From NCBI GenBank assembly GCA_038087875.1, contig JAXLNO010002060.1:1-64000 (forward strand): 64,000 nucleotides of DNA. Direction: 5' to 3'. This DNA comes from Malacoraja senta. Lineage: Eukaryota. The stretch's first letter is position 1. Each line of letters starts with the position of its first letter. The notes under the pieces were generated by a model. It was not told the DNA's origin and made no database searches. It saw nothing but the letters and a program-made list of their open reading frames with translations. Both the position numbers and the translations under genes were made by a program. Of the stretch, positions 45,052-56,520 are shown in pieces.

Positions 45052-48000
45052 ATGGATAAAGTTACTAACTTCCTTTCATGGAATGTGAATGGCTTGAACC
45101 ATCCCATTAAGAGGATATTTTTTTAAAAAGTTCTTCACAGACTAAATGCTCAGATTATCTTTGTTCAGGAAACTCATGTAAGGCAAGATGACAAGTCACG
45201 ATTTTTCAAGTTTTGGAGAGGACAGCAGTTTCATTCAAATTCACAGGCTAAGGTGAAAGGTTGTCTCTATTTTTATTGACCCCTCAATTCTGTTTGTTCA
45301 CCATGAAACAATTTCTGATCCATATGGCAGATTCTTGGTGATTACCGGTGTCCTTTATAGGCAAAAAGTCGCTATGGTGAATGTCTATGCACCAAATATT
45401 GATCACCCTGAGTTTTTTAAACAGTTAATTGCATCCTTTCCTAATTTAAATGAACACTTTTTAATAATGGGTGGAGACTTCAATTGCTGTTTGAATCCCT
45501 CGATTGATACGTCTACATGTGATCATGTGCTTCCAAATAAATCAGCTAATTTTATTAATTCTTTTTTACTTGACTCGGGAATGTTAGAAATTTGGAGATT
45601 CTTACATGCAAATGACAAAGAATTTTCATTTTTCTCTCATGTATATCATAGTTATTCTAGGATCGACTATTTTATACTAGATTCTCGGCTAGTTCCATTC
45701 GTCATTGCATGTGAGTATGATACAATTGCTATTTCTGATCATGCACCAGTGAAACTATTGATCAAACTACCTGATTCCAAGTTTAGTGCTAAACAATGGC
45801 GATTTAATGCTACTTTGCTTCAAGACTTAAACTTTATTAAGTTTATGAAAGATCAGATTGCTTTTTACTTCTTGACAAACTCTAATGAAGAGATATCCAA
45901 TGATATAGTTTGGGATGCTTTTAAGGCATATATTCGTGGACAAATTATTTCATACTCCGCGGGATTAAAAAAACAAACTCAAAAAGAAATACGCACATTG
46001 GCTGACGAGATTAAAGAAATAGATAAAAAATATTCAAAAGCTCCTAGTTTAGAGCTCTATAAGAATAGAGTTGAACTTCAATTGAGATATGATTTGTTAT
46101 TAGTATCACCGATTGAGAACCAGTTACTTAAAACCAAAAGTAAATTTTATATAAATGGCGTAAAATCTGGTAAATTACTTGCTAATCAATTGAAAGCAGT
46201 GTCGGCCAAGCGTCAGATTACTAAAGTGAGTAAACGGGATGGTACAGTAACCGTAGACCATGACGAAATTAATAAATCCTTTCAGGAATTTTATACCTCC
46301 CTATACCAATCAGATTTTCCTACTGATTCCAATATATTGCATGAGTTTTTAAAGAAACTGAACTTACCAAATTTACCATATAATGAGTCTCTGTTGTTTC
46401 GATGAACCCATCACGGAAGACGAAATACAGAAAGCAATATTTTCAATGAATTTTGGTAAAGCTCCCGGATTAGATGGGTTTACAGTAGAATTCTTAAAGT
46501 ATTTCTCAAATTTATTGTCTCCATGGCTATGCAAGGTATTTAAAGAAGCCTTTTTAAGGAATAGATTACCACAATCTTTTTATGAAGCTTCTATTTCTTT
46601 AATTTAAAAAAGATAAAGACCCTACTGAAGTGACATCATATAGACCTATATCAATGTTAAATGTAGATTTTAAAATTCTTTCCAAAATATTAGCTATGAG
46701 ATTGGAAAAGATTTTACCGCAAATTATCTCTGAAGATCAGACAGGTTTTATTAAAAATCGTTACTCATTCTTTAATGTTAGGAGACTAATAAATATTGTA
46801 TATACAGCGTCTAATAAAACCCCAGAATGTGTCATCTCACTTGATGCCGAGAAGGCTATTGATAGAGTAGAATGGAATACTTATTCAATATACTTGAAAA
46901 AGTTAAGATTGGTCCAAAATTTATCTCTTGGATCAAACTGATATATCTTATACCTCAGGCTTCTGTATTTACTAATAATCAGAGATCCCCTTTTTTCAGG
47001 CTCTTTCAAGGTACTAGACAGGGCTGTCCCTTAAGTCCTTTACTATTTGATATTGCTTTGGAAACTTTAGCCACTGCTATTAGGGAATACCCTAATATTT
47101 TTGGTATTGTCCGCGGGAATAAGACACATAAGCTATCTCTTTATGCAGATGATCTGTTATTATTTATTTCTAACCCTGAGAAATCTATTCCGGCAATAGT
47201 AGCATTACTTAATCAATTCAGTAGTTTTTCTGGTTATACAATACAATACAATACAATACAATTTATTTGTCATTTGGACCCCGTTGAGGTCCAAACGAAA
47301 TGTCGTTTCTGCAGCCATACATTACAAAACGAAGAAGACCCGAGACACAACACAATTTACACATACAGCCATCACAGCGCTGTGATGGAAGGCAAAAAAA
47401 ACGTATCTCTCCACTGCACTCACCCCCCCGATGTCAGAGTCAAAGTCAAAGCCCCTGGCGGGCGATGGTGATTGTCCCGTGGCCATTAAAGCCACGCCGG
47501 GTAATGCAAGGTCGCGCACCGGGTCTTGGTGTTAGAGCCCCGGCGTGCGCTAGCAAAGTCCCGCGGCCATTCCAAGCCGCGCGGGACGGTGATGTAAAGC
47601 CCCGCTCCAGGTGCTCTTCAACCCCGCAACTCGGGCGGGAGAAGTCGCCGCTGTGGAAGCCCCGAAAAGCGGTCTCCCACCAGGGACCCGCGGGCTTCCG
47701 GTGTTGCCGTCCGCCAGACCCGCGGCCGTAGCCCCCGAATCTCCGGGGGTCGGGTCGCAGCAGCGCTCCACCACAGCTCCACCCGCTCCGGACTCGGCCA
47801 GCCCCGTGACGGTGAGTAGTCCGCAGCTCCGCAACTGGAGCCCCAGGTCGTTCCTGCTGGAGGCCGCTCCACGTTGCCCAGCCCCAACGACAACGGAGAC
47901 CCGACAAAGAAAAGGTCGGGTCTCCCGTGCAGGGGAAAGATTTTAAAGTTCCCCCCCCCCACCCCCACACACATACCCCGACCAAAAAAATAATAAAAAC

Positions 48001-49657
48001 TACATAGAAACGAGACAAAAATAATAAAAAGACAGACGGACTGCAGAGGCCGCTGCTGACGAGAGTCGCGCCTAAATCTAAACTAAACTAATTATAAACT
48101 AAATCTTAGTAAGAGTGAGCTTTCCCATTAAATAATTTTGTTTCGAGTTATGGACAGTTTCCATTTAGATTGACTGCCGAACCATTTTTACTTATTTAGG
48201 TATTAAGATCACCAAGAAACACAAGGATTTATTTAAAGCTAATTTTATTCCTTTAATTGACCATATTAAACATCAGTTCACTAAATGGTCACCAATGTCC
48301 TTATCCTTAATTGGCTGAATCAATGCTATTAAAATGTTCATTTTACCTAAATGTCTGTATTTATTTCAGACGATACCAATTTTTATTGCCAAATCTTTCT
48401 TTGATATTATAGACTAAAATTTCTTCATATATATGGCAGAATAAAAATCCCAGACTAGGTAAAAAATACCTACAGAAATCAAAAAAAGTTGGTGGTTTGG
48501 CATTGCCGAACCTTAGACTCTACTATTGGGCAGTCAATGTTCGTTATTTAACATTTTGGACAAAAGATTTAGAAGATACCCAATGCCCTGGATGGATAAA
48601 CCTAGAACGTGATTCCTTACAAGGGCTATAATTGGCTTCTATTCTAGGGACCTCGTTACCTTTTACAATTACGAGATTGAATAAATATATGACGAACCCA
48701 ATAATAAGACATACGTTCCGAATACGGTTTCAATTTTGTAAGTTTTTTGGACTATCTGATTTTATCCAAATTTCTCTTCCAACCATCTAGTACTGATCAA
48801 GTTTTTTTGTAATGGAAGAGGAAGGGATTAGTAGCTTTTCGTGATTTGTTTTTGGAGTGTTGTTTTATGTCTTTCGAACAACTCTCCAATAAATATAACT
48901 TACCTAATTCACACTTTTTTAGATATTTACAAATTAGACAAAAGGAACTACCCCTTTTTCCGCTACCACATCAACCCGAAATTTTGGAATTTTGTTTACA
49001 GTTGAACCCTTATCAGAAAGGATTAATAACGACTATTCATGAGTTGATTTTAAAATTACAAATAGATACATTTGATAAAATTAAGAATGACTGGGAAAGA
49101 GAACTCCAAATTTCTTTCTCTATAGAGAAATGGGAGAGGATCCTTCAATTAGTTAATACCTCTTCAATGTGTGCAGACACGCTTTGATACAATTCAAGGT
49201 GGTCCACAGAGCTCATATGTCAAAAGATAAGTTAGCTCGTTTTTATGGTCATATAAATTCTACCTGTGACAGATGTAATTCTGAAGTGGCATCACTGACC
49301 CATATGTTTTGGTCCTGCCCTCTTTTGGAAAAATATTGGAAAGAAAGTTTTGATACTATTTCAGTAGTCTTAGGTATAGATTTACAACCTCATCCTATTA
49401 CTGCAATTTTGGGTTACCAATGTTAGATTCTATTCATTTGTCCCACTCCGCCCATCGGTTGATTGCTTTTACCACATTAATTGCCAGAAGATTTATTTTA
49501 TTTAAATCGAAAGATTCCAACCCTCCGACCACACTCCAGTGGTATTCTGAAACGATATCATGTTTAAATTTAGAAAAAATCAGGTGACATTGTTGAACCC
49601 TTGGTTAAATTTGATAAGACTTGGGGAAAATTTATTGAACACTTTCATACAACATAA
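45052..49657 (+). pseudogene. L1-C ORF2, several frameshifts and one insertion
   Basis: MDKVTNFLSWNVNG, QETH, GGDFN, SRIDY, SLDAEKA, QGCPLSP, YADD, CDRC...HMFWSC spread over several frames. Confidence 0.9.
47238..48091 (-). mobile_element. About 850-bp GC/CpG-rich non-coding retroposon with a (TTGTA)n tail, nested in L1-C ORF2
   Basis: Splits ...FSGY|KLNLSKSELF (short TTATA overlap); minus-strand 3' end TTGGACC-loop-GGTCCAA, AATAAA, (TTGTA)n. Confidence 0.7.
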
Positions 49658-50396
49658 ATTGTTCCCTCTTTAACCGTTATAAAACATATTTTACCTTCAT
49701 AGGGTGGAACAGACTTGACGACAAACAGACTTAAATTGTTGAATTTCTCAGTTCANNNNNNNNNNNNNNNNNNNNNNNNNNNNNNNNNNNNNNNNNNNNN
49801 NNNNNNNNNNNNNNNNNNNNNNNNNNNNNNNNNNNNNNNNNNNNNNNNNNNNNNNNNNNNNNNNNNNNNNNNNNNNNNNNNNNNNNNNNNNNTTACATTT
49901 ATGTTTCCTTTTAAAGATTGAACTATATTCATTGTGTATTTTGACACTGGTCTCATATTAGGTTATACCTGTTATTAATGTGTTTAATCATGATCCCTAT
50001 GTATCAATACCATTGTTATGTTTATCATTATTCTATTTGCTCTGTTTTTTTTATGTTTTATTTTTATTTTTGTTTTTGTGTTTTGGAAAAAAAACAATAA
50101 AAAGATTTTAAAAGAAAGGTACTGAATAAAAAAGTTGGGATGTTCTGCTACAGTTGTACAATATGTTGGTGAGGCCACATTTGGAGTATTGTGTTAAGTT
50201 TTGGTCACTCCACTATCGGAAGGATGTCATTAACAGGGCCTGTGATTCAGGGAGAGGATGAGAATGCTTGGACTTTAATCCTTGGCACGCAAGAGGCTGA
50301 GGGGTGATCTTATAGAGGTTTATAAAATCAAGGAGCATAGATAGATTGAATGCACAGAATCTTTTAACCAGCCTTGTGTAATCAAGAACCAGAGGA

Positions 50397-50899
50397 TGGA
50401 TTAATAACAGCAAAAAAATTAATACTGAAATTTTGGAAAAATGCTCCTACGCCAACAATAAAAATGTGGACTTCTAATATGTCAGAATTGTTACATCCAG
50501 AAGATATGAGATTCCTCCTAGCAGGTAAACAAGACCAATTCCAAAAGATTTGGTCTCCATATATTGACTTATTACAAACATAAGGTGCAACAAAATGATG
50601 ATAATAAATGGTTTTAAGTCCTGGCGAGGGGTGAGTAAAGATAAGAAGTAGGTGCATCCCTTTCATATTGTCCTATCTTATTTTATTTTTTCTCTTTTTT
50701 TTCCTCTCTTCTTTAACTACTTCATGTGGTTTAGGTTCACATGTGTGTTCCTGGACCACTTTTTCATTCACTCACTGACTGTCTTTGCTAGCTCTTTCTA
50801 TCCTTTCTTTCTATTAAAGTTGAAAAACAAAAGTGGTACAAGAACTGTATAAATTTACGTTATTGCAGATTACTGTAATGTAAAATACTTCTAATAAAT

Positions 50900-50944
<45 letters not shown>

Positions 50945-50983
50945 AAAATAAAAAAATAAAAAATAAAAAATAAAATAAATAAA
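50397..50983 (+). mobile_element. 5'-truncated L1 of the L1-A/B group inserted in a CR1 3' fragment
   Basis: GLITAKKLILKFWKNAPTPTIKMW...LLQT*; long poly(A); 13-bp TSD AAGAACCAGAGGA at 50384-50396 and 50984-50996. Confidence 0.92.
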
Positions 50984-53900
50984 AAGAACCAGAGGACTTA
51001 GGTTTAAGGTGAGAAGGAAACGAGTTACTCGGAACCAGAGGAAGTGGAAATATGGAAGAACATTCCAGGGGAAGGAGTTGAGGCAGGTATTAAAAAACAT
51101 TTAGAACACAGGTAGATAGGAAAGGTTCAGTGAGATATGGGTCAATTGCAGGTAAATTGTAGTTTAAACATGGCATCTTGGTTGACATGGCCAAGTTGAG
51201 GCAAAGGGCCCATTTCCATGCCGTATGACTCTATGGCTCCGTGGGCTTGAAAAGCCAATTCTTTTCCGTTTCACTGCTAAATGATAGTTAATCACCCTCA
51301 CTAATAGTGACCACAATGGCAGACCCATGACCACGACTGGTTTACAGTGATAATAAGCTAACCATTGCCTCAGTTCAAATATGCATGTCGTTGATGTTCA
51401 ATGACTAAATTGTTGCTGCATTCGTAGTTTTGGCAAGGTTCTGATTTGGGTGCTGGAGCTGTTAGACATCTTGATACCATGAAAGCAGAACCTCCGTTTC
51501 AGGAAATATACTTGCTGACTGGTGTCTCAGACCAGCAGTGCCTGGGAACATTGTATTTTGAAGAGGAAATATTACACAACCAAGGCCAAGTGCTCGAGAA
51601 AGCAGCACGTCTGTTATTTCAATGAAAACTCTGCTCTTCATCCATCTTGTCATTTTGATCACCCAGTTTAGTTTATAATATTGTATAACATTTGCAATCA
51701 ATTCTCACAGTTTATGACATTTACAGCTGGCGTGAAGATGCATCAGTCAATATCTTCTGTCTTCCAATTTAGTTTATTTAATAGAAAGATAGAAACATAA
51801 AAAAATAGGCGCAGGAATAGGCTATTCAGCCCTTTGAGCCAGCACCGCAATTCAATACAATCATGGCTGATCATCCAAAATTAATACTCCGATCTGGCTG
51901 TTTCCCCATATCCCTTGAATCCCTTAGCCCTAAGAGCTAAATCTAACTCTCTCTTGAAAACAGTGATACAGTGTGTAAACAGGCCATTTGTGCCACCAAA
52001 TCCATACTAACCAGCAATCACCCATTCATAATAGATTTCCCATCCACCCCCTACACTATCAGGGTGACTTACCGAGGATGATTACCTGCACACCTGCTCA
52101 TCTTTGGGATATGGGAGGAAACCGGAGCTCCCTGAGGAAGCCCACATAGTCACAAGAGAATGTGCAAACTCCACGTAGACAGTACCCGAGGTCCAGATTG
52201 AACCTGGGTCTCTGGCGTTGTGAGGCAGCAGTTCTACCAGCTGCACTACCATGCTGCATTACGTACAAACTCTAAATCCTACACTGACTTTCCCTTCCAC
52301 TTGTTATATTCAACACAATAACTCCTTTACACAGGAGGAAAGTGAACTGCAATTCATCACCAGAATATATCTTACAACAGTGTGATCACAGGCAAGAAAT
52401 CAGTGATATAGATGACTGAATATACACTAAAACCCTGATCATCCAGCTCGCTTGGGATTTGGGAAATGGTAGATTTTAAGGACTGCTGCATGTTACTCCA
52501 AACATACTTTAATTCAACTAATTTAAGCACTTGTTGAGCAAGTCAGTGGTTGAGGTGCATCTGTACACTACTATCAGACTTAAGCGGAGGAATACCCATT
52601 GTAATTTGCCTGAAGAGTCTCGAACCAGATTGTCACCTATCCATGGTCTCCAGGGATGTTGCCTGACCTGCTGAGTTACTACAGCACTGTCCCTCACAGT
52701 CTTTCCCAATCTTATAAATCAAAAATAGTCAGCATCTTTCTACATCATAAAGAGTCATGGAAATATGCAGCATACAAACATGGCCTTTGTCCCACTGACC
52801 TGCACCAACCATTCATGTACACTAATCCTACATTTGTCCCACATTCTCAACAGCTCTCCCCACATTGTATCATGCACAATCTAGGGGACAACTAACCTAC
52901 CAAACAATGTTTTGGGGATGTGGGAGGAAACCAGAGCACCTGGGGAAACCCACATGGTCACAGGAACAACATGCAAACTCTACAGATACATCAGCCGATG
53001 TCAGTATTTAATTCGGGTCTCTGACTCTGTGCTGTCCTGTTTCACATTGTAGTCCACCTGTCATGTTGTTGCTCATTCATTCGGCTTTCCACCTTGAACC
53101 ATTTCTCCCACTACTCACATTCCCACTTAAATTTGAGTTTTCCAGCAACAGCGGCCTTGGTGGCAGCTACTGTGTGCAGCGGTAGAGTTGCTGCCTTACA
53201 GTGCTTGCAGCACCGGAGACCCGGGTTCGATCCTGACTACTGATGCTGTCTGTACAAAGTTTGTACGTTCTCCCCGTGACCGCGTGTGTTTTCTCCAAGA
53301 TCTAAGGTTTCCTCCCACACTCCAAAGACGTACAGGTATGTAGGTTAATTGGCTTGGTGTGCGTGTATAGGATAGTGTTAATGTGCGGGGATCACTGGTC
53401 AGCTCAGACTCGATGGGCCTAAGGACCTGTTTCGTCACTATCTCTAAATTAAACTAAACAAAACTAGTAAACGATAAACTGCAACCAATCTGCCTCATAG
53501 CTGACTTGGATCATGAACAGTGCGAGCCCCCAACAGAGCAGCACAGTGTCACAACTCGTAGAGCTGCTGCCTCACAGCGACACAGACCCGGGTTCAATTT
53601 TGACCTTGAGTGCCATCTATGTGGAGTTTGCATGTTCTCCGTGTAACCGCATTGGATCCCTCCAGGGGCTCCGGTTTCCTCACACATCCTAAGATGTGTC
53701 AGTTTATAGTTTAATTGGCCACTGTAAATTGCCCCTAGTGGGTGGGTGACTGGATGAGAAGGTGCAATGAGATAGAATTCATGAGAATAGGTGGTTGGTG
53801 GTTGTCATGGACACGGTGGGCCGAAAGGACTGCTTCCATGCTGTACTTTTTAATGACTCATTGATATTTCTAGGATTTGGGGCAGTGAATCCATAATGTA

Positions 53901-54100
53901 TAACATTTTTTTACACTGAATTCACAATTTTAAAATATCTGATTATCAGAAACATTTAACAACAGCACAAAGGCTAGTTGACAGTGGTGACTGTCGAGGC
54001 ATTTCAGGTGTAGCTGCTGCCTTATCCTACTTGAGATCGATCATTTCTTCAAGCCCAATACCTTTACTAGCAACAGTGCATCACAATTTTTCCATCTTAC

Positions 54101-54208
54101 CTCTCCTCTTTTTTCTCCACCAAACAATTACTGCCAAGACAATAGCCAGCAATATCAGCACACACACGGCAATAAGGCCTATGTGCCTGTCTTTCTTCCT
54201 ATTTCCTT
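54101..54208 (-). CDS. Isolated transmembrane exon of a type I membrane protein
   Basis: TTTTTCAG|...|GTAAGA, 108 nt, phase 1-1; GNRKKDRHIGLIAVCVLILLAIVLAVIVWWRKKRR (TM helix plus basic stop-transfer). Confidence 0.7.
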
Positions 54209-54794
54209 CTGAAAAATATGAATGCATAATTTCACAAATCAATTGTTAAGCTGTGCAGCTAAATAGATGGGCACTGTCTGAAGACTTCAGGGTGAAGAAG
54301 GGTCTCGACCCGAAATGCCACCTATTCCTTTTCTCTAGAGATGTTATCAGACCGCTGAGTTACTCCAGCATTTTGTGTCTATATTTGGCGCTTTTCAAGG
54401 TATATAAGATGATATGGTGTTTTGAATCACGGAGTTCTGCAGCATGGCAAAGGGACAATATATGTTCTGTACAACTCTATGATATATGGCACCATCACAG
54501 CCACAACTTAATTCAAGAAAGAAGGTGAATTGAAAGCAGAAAGCTTTAACCCTATATAAACTAACATTTGTTTTGGGGAAAATGCTGGATTCCTTTCAAT
54601 AATGGCAGAACATTTAAGTAATAACAAAACAATAAAGTGCATTATCAGGGCATTAACAGGAAAATTGTAGAAAGAAAGAGATGCAGATACTGATTTACAC
54701 AAAAGCTTTAGTTTAGTTTATTGTCACATGTATTGAGGTACAGTGAAAAGCTTTTGTTACGTGCTAACCAGTCAGTGGAAAGAATATACATGAT

Positions 54795-54995
54795 AGACAC
54801 AAAATGCTGGAGTAACTCAGCGGAACAGGCAGCATCTCTGGCGAACATGGATTCATCACCTATTCCTTTTCTCCAGAGATGCTGGCTGACCAGCTGAGTT
54901 ATTCCAGCAATTTGTGTCCATCTTCGGTGTAAACCAGCATTTGCAGTTTCTTCTTACACATGGACAGGTGACGTTTCATTTTGGGACCCTTCTTC
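54795..54995. mobile_element. Penelope-derived fold-back remnant (others at ~30945-31130, 54285-54380, 57915-58010, 59100-59200)
   Basis: AGACACAAAATGCTGGAGTAACTCAGCGG...GCAGCATCT arm and its inverted copy. Confidence 0.65.
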
Positions 54996-55869
54996 AAACT
55001 TTGTTTGAGAAATTGATTAGAATTCTTTGAAAATGCAACAGGAACCCATAGACAATGTATATTCGAGGAGCAGGTGTGAAAAGCCTAAAATTCATAAACA
55101 AAATGATGGAAAAGCAGAATAGGTAACAAAATTCAAATGAGAAACAAAAGAAATACAATATATTGTAGAGATCCAAACGTCGTGAACATATCAATGTTTT
55201 TAAAGAAATACAGTTTTGGCACACTCGCGTTTAGTAAGGACTTGAGCAAAGTTCCTGCCGTTGTTATCGGGCACACCAGTTGACTGGCGATTAACTCATC
55301 ACCAACTCCCACCAAAACCCTGTCACTCACGTGATAGTCCCAGCTCCCCTGACGAGGGTTCTAGCAATAAGTGGCCTGACCACCAGATGTCGCCAGAATA
55401 TCTGGATTTTCATAAGATATCTGATCAAGTGATGCAAAGGCACATGGCTTATGACATTGGGGGTAATAATTAGCATGCATGGAAAAACAATTAAGAGCAA
55501 GCAGAGAGTTGTCTTAAAGGAGTGTTCAGGTTGGGAAACTGCAACTGCAGGTTGGGAATCAATGCAAGAAAGTGAACTACTTATCGTTGGTATTAAGAGC
55601 AGATGAAGGGACTGATGGCGCTGTAGCCTAGATTGCTGATGATACATAGATAGGTTGGAAATTAAGTTCTGGAGTATGTCAACAGTCTTCAGAGTGAAAC
55701 ATCAGATTCCTTATTTGTGCATTGTTCGAGGGAATCTTCAAAAGTGAACATTTGTGTAGGTTAGTGCAGCATACCTGGAATCAAACTACTACGATCGCTG
55801 TTTGTGAGGCAGTTATATTTTTCGTTGCTGAATCTGTAGCTTGCGTCAGGGAACTTACTTCATTAGGTT

Positions 55870-56520
55870 TAGTTTTATTAATGTCAGATGTTTCAAGATA
55901 CAGTGCAAAGGTTTGTTTTGTATGCTATCCAAACAAATTAGATAATACTATAGACAAATAAAAAACTCAAAAACAATAGATAGAGCAAAGAGGAGGATAC
56001 AGAGTACAGAATATAGTTCTCAGCATTGTAACACATCAGTTCCATGGACAATGTTCAATGTGCAATGAGGTTGAGGTGAATCGGGCATTAAACCTACATT
56101 ATGGAAGGACACTTCCGAAGCCTGTTAACAGGTGGAAAGGGGGTGTTCCTGAGTCTGGCAGTGCTTATTTTCAACTTTCTGTACCTAATGCCTGATGGGA
56201 GCAGGAAGGAGGAAGGTTGGGATAAGTTTCGTTTTCCAAGGCAACCTAGTGTAGATTGAGCCAATAGTGGGAAGTCTGGCCTGTGTGATGATCTTGAACT
56301 CTTTGTATATTCTTGCAGTCTTGGGCAGTGCAGTTCCCAAATCAAGATGTGATGCAACCCAACAACATGCTTTCCCTAACGGCATCTATAGATGTTTGCG
56401 AGAGTCACCAGAGACATGATGAATATTCTCAGTCTCCTGAGGAAGTAGAGGTGTCGGTGTGCCTCCTTGGCTATGTGGTCAGTCCATGACAGAATATTGG
56501 ATATATTCATGCCAAGGAAC
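55870..56520 (-). mobile_element. Rex/Babar-like LINE 3' fragment (another, plus strand, at ~56960-57420)
   Basis: LLPSGIRYRKLKISTARLRN-type C-terminus with a downstream 3' UTR. Confidence 0.65.

Larger units (their letters stand above)
43450..50120 (+). mobile_element. L1-C: older, decayed near-full-length LINE-1 of a more distant lineage (5' boundary approximate)
   Basis: ORF1, a 0.6-kb spacer, frameshifted ORF2 remnants, and a 3' end AATAAAAAGATTTTAAAAGAAA at ~50096-50117; TSD not found. Confidence 0.88.

Noticed and set aside
47300-48018. Several GC-rich ORFs of 94-190 aa inside the nested retroposon
   Set aside because: Stop-poor GC-rich sequence gives overlapping ORFs on both strands with no domain similarity.
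55775-55860. Possible MHC alpha3 remnant (PDASYRFSNEKYNCL, minus strand); similar weak hints at ~33660-33800 and ~52560-52610
   Set aside because: Too short and divergent, with no consistent frame or splice structure; cannot be supported by eye.
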